A DNA stretch of 64,000 bases from a virus (taxonomy: Duplodnaviria > Caudoviricetes): positions 1 through 64,000 of IMG/VR virus record IMGVR_UViG_3300032289_001255. One strand, written 5' to 3'. Positions 1-10,524 of the stretch are shown in pieces. Numbering within the stretch: the stretch's first letter is position 1; each line of letters opens with the position of its first letter. The position numbers and the translations under genes are program-made. Under the pieces are notes generated by a model. The model was not told the origin of the DNA. It searched no databases and saw nothing but the letters and a program-made list of their open reading frames with translations.

Positions 1-126
1 CAATTAATTGCTATGATGGCAAATGGTGGTATTGCTGTAAATCTTGACGGTCAAAGAGTTAATGCTGCTTTATCTACAACAATGTTAAAATCTGGTGGAT
101 TTGGACAAGCAACAACTAGAGCTTGA
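1..126 (+). CDS. 3' end of a gene truncated by the window edge; possibly the tape measure protein C-terminus
   Basis: Open frame from base 1 (QLIAMMANGGIAVNLDGQRVNAALST...RA*, TGA at 124-126). The 'VNLDG' tail and the position before baseplate genes resemble tape measure C-termini. Confidence 0.4.
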   Translation, partial: QLIAMMANGGIAVNLDGQRVNAALSTTMLKSGGFGQATTRA

Positions 127-141
127 TACTATTTATAATCA

Positions 142-2730
142 ATGGCAAATAGTAATACATACGCTGAAGGATACGGTAATGCTGGTACGCAAATTACCAC
201 ATATGATAATATTCAGGGAGCTGGATTAAGACTACCAGTTCCAACCCAAGACTTCATCAATATTAGATCCCCCGGTAAAATTGAAAGAATATTTACAACC
301 GCCGGAAATAGCACTGTATTATATAATCAAAACAAACCACAAGATCTATATCTAAAAGGTCCAATGGCTAGTCAGATGTTTATATACAAAAACATTGAAG
401 AAGGCCAACGAAACAAAGTTACTACAGTATTTCAAGCATCAAGACAAGACGGCACAAGAGTAAGAAAATTTCTAGGAAGCTCTGCTGGTACTCGTTTTAT
501 ATTAAAACAACTTGTATTACAAGGATTTCAACCATTTGATGAAACCAAAGTATACAATCCAGCTTCTCCAATTATAGCTGCTTTAAGATTAGCTTCTTTT
601 GGATTGGTTGATAGACCCACAAGACATCTTGATACTAGCAATATAGTTGGTGGATTATTAGGCGGAAGTGGATTAGGTTCCATAGCTAGAACAGTTGGTG
701 GTTTATTTGATGGAGGCGGACCAGCCGTACCATCTCCCCCAAGAAGTAGTGTGGCTAGTGGAGCCAGTGGCGGATTTGGGGTTTCAACATTTACATCTTT
801 ATTGGGAGGAGCAGATAACTCGGATAGAGTAGTAGCTCCTCTAGCTAGACCAGATGTAAGAGATTTATTGAGAGGTCAAACTGCTACAAACGCTTATAAC
901 GCTCCTAGATATAGTAAATTAGTATCCGCTGGAGGAGGGAGATTCTTTAAAAAATTGTTAGGAGCAGCAGGCAGTTTCTTACAAAATAATACTTTATTGG
1001 GTGGTATTGTACCTTCCAAACAACCATGGAAAGCTAATTATCGTGCAGACGAACAAACATATGATTTGTATCTAAATGCTGGTGCGTTGTTTGACGATTC
1101 TGGTATTACCCCAACGAAAAGTGGCGGCATTTTAAGTGGATTGAAGAAAACATTGGGTATAGGAACAAATCAAAAATTCACTGGATTAAAGGTAAAACAA
1201 AGATTTTATCATGGAACTACCAATCCGTCTTCGATGCTTAGAAACGATTTTTATATAAAAACATATGGAAATCAAGAACAACAAAAATCAGTTGGTGTTG
1301 TTACATTTCAAGGAAGTGTCAATTCTAGTAACGTAAATCCAGTGCCAAGTTCTGATTTTCAAGATCAAGCACTTAATAGATTTAAAGGCGAGGTTAAAGT
1401 AGATGGGGTACCTACGATTAGATTAAAATACACTGATGTAGTTAAAGCTGACAGAGACACAGGTACGTTTATAGAACAAAGTGATCAGTTATTAAACTAT
1501 AAAGTGTTGATTGAAAACTCAAAACTTTTACCCGATACATTTAGTGACGAAACTAAGACTCCAACCGATTTAATTACTGCTAATTTAAATAAAGTTATAG
1601 ATAATATAGCTGGTGCATCTGCTAATCGTTTATATGATATTGGTTTCGTTGGTAAGAAAAATGTTAAACCATTGCAATTTGCTAAATATGACATTAATGG
1701 TGTTGGTATGGATTATCTAAAAGACGTAAAGACTACATACACTGATAAGTTTAGCACTGATCCAAATCAACTAAACTTTCCAACAAGATTGGGAAGAAAA
1801 GCTGGTAAAGATAGATTTATACAACCAACCCACAACGTTGATTATGTAAACTCATTGGATGTATTAAATCAAGCTCAATTTGATAAGCAATATGGAGATG
1901 GATCTGATTATAAAGGTTTTGGTCCTGATATCATTAAGTTTTATTTCTATGATATTGTCAATCAAAAATATATACCGTTTAGCGCAACTGTAAAGGGTAT
2001 ACAAGATAGTAATACAGCTGAATGGGAACCAATAGAATACTTAGGCAGACCAGATAAACTATATTACTATAAAGGATTTACCCGAGAAGTAAGTTTCAAC
2101 TTTACAGTAAATGCACATAGTGTCAAAGAATTGATGCCTATGTGGTCAAGAATAAACTATTTGACTAGTTTGACAAAACCAGCTAATTACACTGAAGCTG
2201 CGACCGGTGGTTTTATGGTTCCTCCGATGGTACAATTAACGCTTGGGGATTTTTACAAAAATCACTTTGTTATTATTAAGAGTTGTAATGTCAATATACC
2301 AGACGATGCTTCTTGGGAGACAATTCCTGAGAATATGAGTTCTCCAAACGATATATGGAGTTGGGGATCCAATAGAGCATATAAGTGGGCTGGTAAAGAC
2401 AATTTATTAAGCCCTAGAGGCGATAAAGATAGTTCTCTTGGCAGATTTGCACAATTTCCAAGAACGGCTGACATTAGCATTCAAATGGCAGTTATGGAAA
2501 AAGACAGACCAAAAGCAGGAAGATCTGCTTGGGGAAATGCTCCAGTTGCGATTGTTAACGGAGGAGACTTTTACGGAGCTGTTAATAGAAATAACGTGAA
2601 TCGTGTCAGAGATTATAATTTCTCTACCAACATAAGGTACGATACAGATTTAGAAGCGTTTTCTGCTGCTACTCAACAACTAACCGGTCAACAACCAACT
2701 GTTACAGTACAACAACCAAATAACCCATGA
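142..2730 (+). CDS. Virion structural protein: Gly-rich N-terminus plus C-terminal tail-tube-initiator/baseplate hub (gp48/gp54/GpU-like) domain
   Basis: C-terminal 'IKFYFYDIVNQKYIPFSATVKGIQDSNTAEWEPIEYLGRPDKLYYYKGFTREVSFNF...PPMVQLTLGD' pattern is typical of tube-fold baseplate proteins; directly upstream of a LysM baseplate gene. Confidence 0.6.
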   Translation: MANSNTYAEGYGNAGTQITTYDNIQGAGLRLPVPTQDFINIRSPGKIERIFTTAGNSTVLYNQNKPQDLYLKGPMASQMFIYKNIEEGQRNKVTTVFQASRQDGTRVRKFLGSSAGTRFILKQLVLQGFQPFDETKVYNPASPIIAALRLASFGLVDRPTRHLDTSNIVGGLLGGSGLGSIARTVGGLFDGGGPAVPSPPRSSVASGASGGFGVSTFTSLLGGADNSDRVVAPLARPDVRDLLRGQTATNAYNAPRYSKLVSAGGGRFFKKLLGAAGSFLQNNTLLGGIVPSKQPWKANYRADEQTYDLYLNAGALFDDSGITPTKSGGILSGLKKTLGIGTNQKFTGLKVKQRFYHGTTNPSSMLRNDFYIKTYGNQEQQKSVGVVTFQGSVNSSNVNPVPSSDFQDQALNRFKGEVKVDGVPTIRLKYTDVVKADRDTGTFIEQSDQLLNYKVLIENSKLLPDTFSDETKTPTDLITANLNKVIDNIAGASANRLYDIGFVGKKNVKPLQFAKYDINGVGMDYLKDVKTTYTDKFSTDPNQLNFPTRLGRKAGKDRFIQPTHNVDYVNSLDVLNQAQFDKQYGDGSDYKGFGPDIIKFYFYDIVNQKYIPFSATVKGIQDSNTAEWEPIEYLGRPDKLYYYKGFTREVSFNFTVNAHSVKELMPMWSRINYLTSLTKPANYTEAATGGFMVPPMVQLTLGDFYKNHFVIIKSCNVNIPDDASWETIPENMSSPNDIWSWGSNRAYKWAGKDNLLSPRGDKDSSLGRFAQFPRTADISIQMAVMEKDRPKAGRSAWGNAPVAIVNGGDFYGAVNRNNVNRVRDYNFSTNIRYDTDLEAFSAATQQLTGQQPTVTVQQPNNP

Positions 2731-3017
2731 GATACCAATTTACTCCAGTAGAAAAAAGATGGGATGGTAAAAACGTTTATAAAACTACATATTATCCAGA
2801 TATACCTGAGTCGTATGATGATTTTTACATTACCGTGAGTGAAACTGACTATTTAGATAGTATAGCTAAGAAATACTACGGCGATGAAAGTTTATGGTGG
2901 ATAATTGCTAAAGCAAATAAATTGCCTGGATATCAATTATCAGTAGGAGTTAGTAGACAACTACGCATTCCTGCTAATGTTGCTAGTATACTAAATCAAT
3001 TGAAGAACTTAAATTAA
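2727..3017 (+). CDS. LysM-domain baseplate/tail protein (P2 gpX / T4 gp53-like)
   Basis: 'DYLDSIAKKYYGDESLWWIIAKAN...LRIP' LysM-type motif; ATGA overlap with the upstream gene. Confidence 0.75.
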   Translation: MRYQFTPVEKRWDGKNVYKTTYYPDIPESYDDFYITVSETDYLDSIAKKYYGDESLWWIIAKANKLPGYQLSVGVSRQLRIPANVASILNQLKNLN

Positions 3018-3021
3018 TGTT

Positions 3022-6000
3022 ATGGCACAAAACGGAGAAATTACAGACACAACTCCATTATGGTGGGAAATACAAAATATCCCAACTGAAGTTGTAAGAG
3101 AATTAAGAAGAAGAAGTAATACCAACAATATTGGTATGAACATTCCCACTCCATTTATCAACGCAACTTTTAATTTTGAACAGAACTATAAAGACTATAA
3201 AGGGCCAATGACCCCATGGGTCAGGGTATTTAGCAATGGAACTGGAAAGTCTATAAATGGAATGGTACCCAGAAGTGATTATTTAGATAAGTTTTATGTA
3301 CCTGTAGATTATGATGGTTTTATATTAAAAGGCGGCGATGGATTTTTTGACGCATTTGGTTATGACACTGCAATTGGTTTTAAACAAACAAATGCTATAA
3401 TAGGATATCAAGCAGATGGACGGCCACATTATATAGACGGTTTATATAGAACTCAAACATCTTATTCAAGCAGACAAAATGCAAAATTTCCGCAAAATAA
3501 TGAAGTTTCTTCGATAGTTCCGCCTCCTGGAATAGTAAGTGTTAGTGTAAAACAAAATAAAGAATTTTTGACTTATGCCAGTATTAAGTTTAAATGTTAT
3601 GGCATTGCACAACTTGAATATTTAACTCCGTTCTTTTTTACAGCTGGAATTAATCTCTTCGTTGAATTTGGTTGGAATCTTTTTAATCAAAAATCACTTG
3701 TTAATCTTGCTGATTTAAAAGAGTGTTGGGAGTTGGTATATAAACCACAAACTGCTTTGGATCGTTCAAATAAATCCAATGGTAATTATGGATGTGTAAC
3801 TGGAATTATAACAAAGTATTCATTTACCACAACAGATGGATTTGTTTATGATTGTAATGTTGATATGACATCCAGACAAGGAATGTTTGCTGGAATGAGA
3901 ACTGATAATAATGCTAAAATAGCAACAACCACTCCAGCAACAGCTAGTGATCAAAACAATACTGAATTTTTAGATTTAAGAACATTTGTACGTACTTATT
4001 TACCATCTATAAATGATGTAATGAGAGAAAGTCAAGTTATTTCTCCGAATGTAAATAATAGTCAAGCAAACTTTTTGAATTATATAGTCGATAAAATTAA
4101 TATGATTCCAAAAAACAAAATTGAAAAAGATGCACTTGCGAATCAAGAACAGTTGGCTAAGAGCAAACAAAATGTACAAGCTGTGGTTACTACAAAATTT
4201 GCAGGAAGTAATTCTACTTTATTTTATGGCGGTAAACCTGAAGATAGAGTTTTTGCTGGAAGATTAGAAGAATATTATAGAGCTAAAAAGAAACCAGATG
4301 GAAAATCAGATGTTATAAATTATGGATCTGTAAAACCAGATGCACAAACATACACACAGTTATCATTTGTTGATGATAAAACAGATTTTGATGCAAAAGA
4401 TGGCGCAACCGAAGTCTGGATGCAATTAGACTTTGTATTTGAATTGGTAAATCTATTCATGGCAAATTCAAATACAAAACAATTCTTGGTAGATATTAGT
4501 GATATAATCATAAGCGCACATCCGAATTTAATATCTTGTGACAAAAATGTATTGATACCAAATCCAATTTCTCCAAAAATAAACAGAGGAACTCCGTATA
4601 AAAAAGGTAATCCAAATAGCGGGTATCTTAAAGGAGACAATGCAGATGCTTTTTCTACAGTACAAAATGCATTTGCTGAGAAAATTTTTGGTGAGAGATT
4701 TGCTTATAATACAACATCTGGAAATGCATTTTTAAACCAACAACAAGATATTACGGTACCTCGTAATGATCAACTTGAACAAAAATATAAAAAAGCAGTT
4801 GATGAAGGAACTCTTACAGAATTTTATAGAGACTTAAAAATTGAAGAGAGTTTATACTTTGCTGCAAATGCTGCAAAAAAGACGTTTAAAACTAGTGGTA
4901 GATATAGAGATAATATTGATAGTGTGATCAATTATTTATATTATCATAGTGTAAATTCTAACAAAGAAGCATCAGCATCATTTCCATTTGCGGAAGATGT
5001 GCAAGTTATTCGACCAAACAAATTTGGACAGCCTACAAAAGTTCCATACAAGAAATATTACTTTGGATATTTGAAAAACATCTATATTAGTAAAACCAAA
5101 TTGATTGATATTGTAAATTCCTCGGAAACCAAAAATTACAAACAATTTATTAACGCAATTCTAAATACTATAAATGACTCAACTGATGGTTTTTGGAAAT
5201 TTGATATTGTAGAAGGAAAAGATCAAAATGGCAATTCTACACTATCTATAGTAGATAAAAACATGGTTAACTATGACATATTGCGTGAAGTATATATGTT
5301 TGAGTTGGGTAGAACAAACAATGTTATAAAGAGCATAAATTTCGATGTTAGTTTAACAAATGAACAAGCTATAAACGTTATGTTTGGTGGACAAAACTCA
5401 AAGAGTTTGAGAACCAATATAACTGATAAAATAAGTAAAGCTCAGAGTGTTGATCAACTAAACGCTGCTTTGAATGATTTGAACAATATACCATTTATGA
5501 AGTTTGTTGATAGAATGGATAAATTTCAACTTGGTTTAATGGTATCACAACAAAGTGGATCTATTGCTACTGCTAACACATTGGTGCCTGGTACTACATC
5601 TGGAATAGAAAATGACAATAATGCGATAGCTGATTTACAATCTTATGGACCAAAGGAAAAAAGTGGAGTGTTGTGTATTACAACGAAACAAGTATCAGGA
5701 ACTTATATTGGAGGATTGAAGAGTGGAGTTGATTCAAAAGCATTCACGGAATTAGTAGATGATGTGAGAAATAGAAAGAATCATAAATATTTGTGTTTGC
5801 CATCTGATATGAAGGGTAAACTAACACAAATGATGAATGACGACGACTTTAAAAACAATAACGCAAAATACAGTGGGGTAGCTGATAATTTTACTGTAAC
5901 AATAAAGTTTGATGGTATATTCTCATTTAGAAATTTACAAGTATTTGCGATAAGTAATCTTCCTAAGCCATATGTGCCTGGAAACGTTATATTTCAAATA

Positions 6001-6102
6001 TTGGAAGTAGATCATGAAATAAGCAATGGTAAATGGGAAACTACTGTTAATGCGTTGGTTAGATGTATTGGATCTTCTAAACTAGAATATGTAGCTGTAT
6101 GA
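3022..6102 (+). CDS. Large baseplate hub-like protein (gp27/gpD-like, tentative)
   Basis: 1026-aa ORF after the tube-initiator and LysM genes, the usual myophage order. 'LFVEFGWN', 'GVVTKYSF'-like and C-terminal 'FQILEVDHEISNGKWETTV' segments resemble hub proteins. Confidence 0.5.
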   Translation: MAQNGEITDTTPLWWEIQNIPTEVVRELRRRSNTNNIGMNIPTPFINATFNFEQNYKDYKGPMTPWVRVFSNGTGKSINGMVPRSDYLDKFYVPVDYDGFILKGGDGFFDAFGYDTAIGFKQTNAIIGYQADGRPHYIDGLYRTQTSYSSRQNAKFPQNNEVSSIVPPPGIVSVSVKQNKEFLTYASIKFKCYGIAQLEYLTPFFFTAGINLFVEFGWNLFNQKSLVNLADLKECWELVYKPQTALDRSNKSNGNYGCVTGIITKYSFTTTDGFVYDCNVDMTSRQGMFAGMRTDNNAKIATTTPATASDQNNTEFLDLRTFVRTYLPSINDVMRESQVISPNVNNSQANFLNYIVDKINMIPKNKIEKDALANQEQLAKSKQNVQAVVTTKFAGSNSTLFYGGKPEDRVFAGRLEEYYRAKKKPDGKSDVINYGSVKPDAQTYTQLSFVDDKTDFDAKDGATEVWMQLDFVFELVNLFMANSNTKQFLVDISDIIISAHPNLISCDKNVLIPNPISPKINRGTPYKKGNPNSGYLKGDNADAFSTVQNAFAEKIFGERFAYNTTSGNAFLNQQQDITVPRNDQLEQKYKKAVDEGTLTEFYRDLKIEESLYFAANAAKKTFKTSGRYRDNIDSVINYLYYHSVNSNKEASASFPFAEDVQVIRPNKFGQPTKVPYKKYYFGYLKNIYISKTKLIDIVNSSETKNYKQFINAILNTINDSTDGFWKFDIVEGKDQNGNSTLSIVDKNMVNYDILREVYMFELGRTNNVIKSINFDVSLTNEQAINVMFGGQNSKSLRTNITDKISKAQSVDQLNAALNDLNNIPFMKFVDRMDKFQLGLMVSQQSGSIATANTLVPGTTSGIENDNNAIADLQSYGPKEKSGVLCITTKQVSGTYIGGLKSGVDSKAFTELVDDVRNRKNHKYLCLPSDMKGKLTQMMNDDDFKNNNAKYSGVADNFTVTIKFDGIFSFRNLQVFAISNLPKPYVPGNVIFQILEVDHEISNGKWETTVNALVRCIGSSKLEYVAV

Positions 6103-6485
6103 TATACGATACTCCAAATAGTGTTAAAAATATAGTAGGTCTTGGCAGCTTTGACTTTGCAAAGCCATCCACTTATATTCCCACTATAACACAAGACGAC
6201 TATGATCGTGGTTATATTGACCGATTTTTTGTTGCTAGAATCAATTACTTTGATATTATTGAAACCAACTACAAAGACTATAACACAGCTAATACCAGTT
6301 ATTTTATAAAAACCAAGATAGATTGGAAAATAACTGGGCCGGAGTTGAACACATATATTGGCAAAACTCTTCAAGAAACAGGCGTGGTTAATTACAATAA
6401 CTTTAGAATTCGTGATGCTCAAGTATATATTCCAAATATTCAGATTGTTTTAAATAACCCAAAACAATTTTGGCGTGGATTTTAA
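6099..6485 (+). CDS. Hypothetical protein in the baseplate module
   Basis: 128-aa ORF with ATGA coupling to the hub gene; function not recognised. Confidence 0.6.
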   Translation: MIYDTPNSVKNIVGLGSFDFAKPSTYIPTITQDDYDRGYIDRFFVARINYFDIIETNYKDYNTANTSYFIKTKIDWKITGPELNTYIGKTLQETGVVNYNNFRIRDAQVYIPNIQIVLNNPKQFWRGF

Positions 6486-6487
6486 TC

Positions 6488-6515
6488 TTGACTCTATACA
6501 ATTATAGTGTAGAGT
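6488..6515 (+). promoter_or_regulatory. Sigma70-like promoter for the PolA-like gene
   Basis: TTGACT (6488-93), 16 nt, TAGAGT (6510-15). Confidence 0.5.
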
Positions 6516-6521
6516 AAGAGT

Positions 6522-7820
6522 GTGAAGTACAGTTCCAAAATCTATTTAAAACTAATAACTAAAGATAATAATTGTCATAATAAGAACAATTCGATTATCG
6601 CTGCATTTGTTTATGATTTTGGAACTCAACGTAAACATTACTATAACTTCACTCATGGAGATGTGATTGCAGATTCAACATTCGAAGATTTTAAGAAAGA
6701 AATAGAATCGAGGAAATACACGATATACGTAAATAATAAAAAAACTTATAAATACTGGTTGAATTGTAAACTAATAGATGTGAATTTATTTGGGTTCATA
6801 AAAAATAACGAAACAATTGAGGAGTGTTCTTCCACAACCAAAGATTATTTAAATAGATCACACCGTAATGTTAATGACTTTAACTTAATAGTTCCGTACA
6901 TAAGTCATCAAGAATGTTTTGATGATGAAGTAGAATTAATATGTGATCTACACGAAGCTGATACAGATACTTACTGTTTTAAGTTTTTCAATGATATTAT
7001 TACAGATACATTATTTGAAGTTGAAAAGAATGGTTTAAAAGTTGATGTAGATGTATTTAAACAACATTTTAAATCGCGTGTTTATGATGGATTTGTGTAT
7101 ACTAGCTATAACATTTACAATCCAACGGGTAGACCGAGTAATGCTTATGATAACATAAATTATGTAGCTTTAAAGAAAGATGATGGTTCACGTAATAGTT
7201 TTGTGTCGAGATATGGAGACAATGGTCATTTAATGATGATTGATTTTACTGGATTTCATCCACATATCGTGGCAAATTTGATTGATTATAAAGTTCCTGA
7301 AGAAGAGACCATTTATGAATATCTTGGAAAACAATACTTTAATGTAGACGAAGTTACATCGGATATTATTGCTAAGGCCAAGAAATTGACTATGGTTAAT
7401 CTATATGGACAAATTTCTCAACAATACTGTGATATACCATATTTTGCTAAAGTAGAGACTTTAAAGAATAAGTACTGGGAAACTTTTCAGAAAAAGGGAT
7501 ATATAACTACTCCCATCTATAAAAGAAAGATATCAGACAAACACATTTTAGATCCAAACAAAAACAAATTGTTTGCATATATTATTCAAGCGGCTGAAAC
7601 TGAACATGGAATCGATAGTTTGGGCAAATGTATTAAGTTTGTAAGCAATAAGAGAATAGTACCAATTCTGTATGTATATGATTCTATTGTATTTGACATA
7701 CATAATGATGAAGATAGTCAGAACGTATTAGACTTAATTGAGATTTTCAAGAACAACCGGTTCAAAGTAAAGACTTATCGGGGAAATAATTACAATGATT
7801 TGAAATTAGTTAATTTATAA
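6522..7820 (+). CDS. Divergent family A DNA polymerase-like protein
   Basis: 'YNPTGRPSN' (cf. TGRLSS), motif A 'MIDFTGFHPHIVA', motif B 'AKKLTMVNLYG', 'AYIIQAAETE' (cf. N.PIQG.AAD), motif C 'YVYDSIVFD'; GTG start. Confidence 0.75.
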   Translation: MKYSSKIYLKLITKDNNCHNKNNSIIAAFVYDFGTQRKHYYNFTHGDVIADSTFEDFKKEIESRKYTIYVNNKKTYKYWLNCKLIDVNLFGFIKNNETIEECSSTTKDYLNRSHRNVNDFNLIVPYISHQECFDDEVELICDLHEADTDTYCFKFFNDIITDTLFEVEKNGLKVDVDVFKQHFKSRVYDGFVYTSYNIYNPTGRPSNAYDNINYVALKKDDGSRNSFVSRYGDNGHLMMIDFTGFHPHIVANLIDYKVPEEETIYEYLGKQYFNVDEVTSDIIAKAKKLTMVNLYGQISQQYCDIPYFAKVETLKNKYWETFQKKGYITTPIYKRKISDKHILDPNKNKLFAYIIQAAETEHGIDSLGKCIKFVSNKRIVPILYVYDSIVFDIHNDEDSQNVLDLIEIFKNNRFKVKTYRGNNYNDLKLVNL

Positions 7821-7847
7821 ATATATTTATATCTATATTTATAATAG

Positions 7848-10010
7848 ATGAACTTTAAATCACTGATTAACGATATTTGTTGTGACAGTCGCATTAAGAA
7901 TGGTACTTTTGATTTTGAAAATCAAGAACATGTTTTTGTATTACAAGAATACCTTGAAAAGGTTGGGTACGATGTTAATTTTGTAGTTGATAAAACCGCT
8001 AAGTTATTTGAAGCTGGTAGATTCCCAGATAGACAAGCATATAACAAAGATGGTATACTCGTCACATTCCCAAGTAAAGAATATCGTGATCGTGCTGTAA
8101 ATAAAGGTACTCATTTTGCTGAAAATCCTAAAAAAGCTCAAGCAAATATTTTTACAGAACCCCCTGCGGATATTAAATCAGGTAAAGATACAAAATCTGA
8201 TGCGTCAAAAGAAGATGAAACTGTTCCGATTGATCAAGCACTGGATCGAAAGATAGTCGATACAGATCAAGATAAAAGAACGCCTAAAGAAAAACAATTA
8301 GATGCACTTGCAGTACAAGCTGTGTTAATTGGACAAACTCCTTTAGTAAATTATAGCGTAGATGAAGCTAAGAGATTTGGATTTTATAAAAAGGGATATA
8401 AGTGGTATGATGTAGAAGGTAACTTGATTGGGGAACAAGTATATGATGAATCAAGAAAAACCACGGTAATAAGAAAAATTATAAAAGAAGCCACTGCTCC
8501 AAAATATAACAATGAGTACTTTAAAATTGCAAAGGACAATCTATTTTATGAACCAGTAGCTGGAACTGATGACGCTGGAAAAGCTATATCACCAGAGCTT
8601 TATTTCCAAAAAGTTTTTGAAACAACCAATTTCAGTACATTTAAATTTCCAAGAGGAAGAGATATACAATTTACACTTGTTGACTTTGACAAATATCTAT
8701 CCACAAACAATGTAAATTTAGTACCAGCTTCTACATATGTAAAAGTAAGAAGCTTATCTGATGAACGTTTAATTCAATATAACAAGACCGATATACAAAC
8801 AATTGCTGTACTATCTACTTTGTATAAAAAATACAAAAATAAGTTCGTGTCTAAAGCTAATAGTGACATGGATAAATCGTGTCCTGCGAGAGAAATGGAA
8901 AATTACATAGGAGAAGAATTTAATACTCCTCAAGGATCGAAAAACGCAGTAGCTAAAAAGATTGCAGATAAGTTAAAAACTGGTAAATACAAAGAAATTA
9001 GTGCTCCGGTTAAAGCTATAGAAATATTGGGTTCTAGTGGATGTAAATTATCCGAAGAGTTTGCGGGTATATCAAAGATATCTAAAACAGATTTAATCAT
9101 CAATGGCAACATAAAATGTAGTGCAAAAAAAGCTGGTGGAGCACAAATTGCATCTTCACAACATAAAGAATTAACTACTGTGATTTCTGCAGTATTAAAA
9201 GATTTTCCAGATATCAAAAACAAAATAGTTGCAAATATTACACAAACACTTGCTCAGTTGATGGAAAAATCGTTTTACTATGATCATGCAGCTGTTATCA
9301 ATAAAAACTTGACAACATTATCAACTACTAATGATCAAAAGAAAACTAAAGACGCTATAAATAATTTAGTATCGTTAATCAAAAGTCCAGATGCAGTTAA
9401 CGAAATTAACATAGAAGAAAAAGAAATGCATCAGATGTTGACCGAATTAAATAAGATTTTTACCGAAGATAAATACAAAAAAGCATTGTTGAGAGAATTC
9501 TCTACCGGTGAAAAAAGATTTGCCGCTGGGGAAAAATGTGTAGCTGATCACATTATGACATGGGACTGTCAAGGAGATTGCTTGATTTACACAGTAGATG
9601 AATTCATTGACGATAACTATAATAAAATTAAATTCGGTGTACGTGATAGAGGAAATGAACGTGGTGGATCACTTAGAATTGGTATTCTAAAAGAAGAATA
9701 TGATGAAACTGACTATCTTTTATTGGAAAATCAAATAATAGAAGAAAGTTTAATGTCATTCATCAATAATTTAGGTGCTGAATTTAAAAACGTAGTACAA
9801 AACAGTTCGGAGTTTGTAAAAAATCTATCTGCATCCGCTAAGAGTGCATTAAATGTGTTCTATAACAAAATAAAAGAATTTTTCAAACGAATGGTTATAA
9901 AAATATCAATTACCGTTAAACAAATTTTAGATAAAGGGTTTGAGTATTTTGCAAATTATTTTGATATGGAGCCTGAAATTGACGGTAAATTTGAATTTGA
10001 AATACCATGA
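7848..10010 (+). CDS. Large hypothetical protein with a possible PD-(D/E)XK restriction-endonuclease-like domain
   Basis: 720 aa; central 'SKTDLIINGNIKCSAKKAGGAQIAS' resembles the KTD...SxKK...Q nuclease-fold motif. Confidence 0.45.
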   Translation: MNFKSLINDICCDSRIKNGTFDFENQEHVFVLQEYLEKVGYDVNFVVDKTAKLFEAGRFPDRQAYNKDGILVTFPSKEYRDRAVNKGTHFAENPKKAQANIFTEPPADIKSGKDTKSDASKEDETVPIDQALDRKIVDTDQDKRTPKEKQLDALAVQAVLIGQTPLVNYSVDEAKRFGFYKKGYKWYDVEGNLIGEQVYDESRKTTVIRKIIKEATAPKYNNEYFKIAKDNLFYEPVAGTDDAGKAISPELYFQKVFETTNFSTFKFPRGRDIQFTLVDFDKYLSTNNVNLVPASTYVKVRSLSDERLIQYNKTDIQTIAVLSTLYKKYKNKFVSKANSDMDKSCPAREMENYIGEEFNTPQGSKNAVAKKIADKLKTGKYKEISAPVKAIEILGSSGCKLSEEFAGISKISKTDLIINGNIKCSAKKAGGAQIASSQHKELTTVISAVLKDFPDIKNKIVANITQTLAQLMEKSFYYDHAAVINKNLTTLSTTNDQKKTKDAINNLVSLIKSPDAVNEINIEEKEMHQMLTELNKIFTEDKYKKALLREFSTGEKRFAAGEKCVADHIMTWDCQGDCLIYTVDEFIDDNYNKIKFGVRDRGNERGGSLRIGILKEEYDETDYLLLENQIIEESLMSFINNLGAEFKNVVQNSSEFVKNLSASAKSALNVFYNKIKEFFKRMVIKISITVKQILDKGFEYFANYFDMEPEIDGKFEFEIP

Positions 10011-10399
10011 TACAAAAACAATTGCTTTGTACATTCTCTAATAGTAGTCAATATACGGATGTATTGAATGAAATACCGCAACAATATAAATTGATTGATA
10101 ACAAGATCTTTATATTTGCGAATGAAAATAATCTTCGGGAATTATATTTAACGTTCAACGTGGAAAAACGTGAACAAATCAATCGATACAAAGGTACTAT
10201 TAGCATTCATCGTAAAAAGCAAACAAATACACTATATACGCTCAATGCAATGAATAAGTTGATTGCTGATGAAAACAATGGTGTATTTGATAAGAGCTTT
10301 CAATTAAATTGGGATTTATATAAAAACCGTATTATTTTAACCAATGAAATTGGTGTAAAAATAGTTCCATTAAAGTTGTTTTCTATCTCTGAAGTTTGA
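10007..10399 (+). CDS. Hypothetical protein upstream of the SSB
   Basis: 130-aa ORF with ATGA overlap. Confidence 0.65.
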   Translation: MIQKQLLCTFSNSSQYTDVLNEIPQQYKLIDNKIFIFANENNLRELYLTFNVEKREQINRYKGTISIHRKKQTNTLYTLNAMNKLIADENNGVFDKSFQLNWDLYKNRIILTNEIGVKIVPLKLFSISEV

Positions 10400-10413
10400 T
10401 ATATATTTTTGAC

Positions 10414-10442
10414 TTGATTTCAGTCGATACATAGTGTAGACT
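10414..10442 (+). promoter_or_regulatory. Sigma70-like promoter for the SSB/recA block
   Basis: TTGATT (10414-19), 17 nt, TAGACT (10437-42). Confidence 0.5.
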
Positions 10443-10524
10443 CAGTTTCGAGTTGGTTATACAATCTGATTTGAGTGAACCAGACGAATTAATTAACTAA
10501 TTAAACATTAAACATTAAATAATT

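Noticed and set aside
10440-10483. H-type pseudoknot in the SSB leader
   Set aside because: The candidate stems would need a 1-nt loop spanning a 6-bp helix, and the first stem probably lies upstream of the transcription start; only the simple stem-loop was kept.
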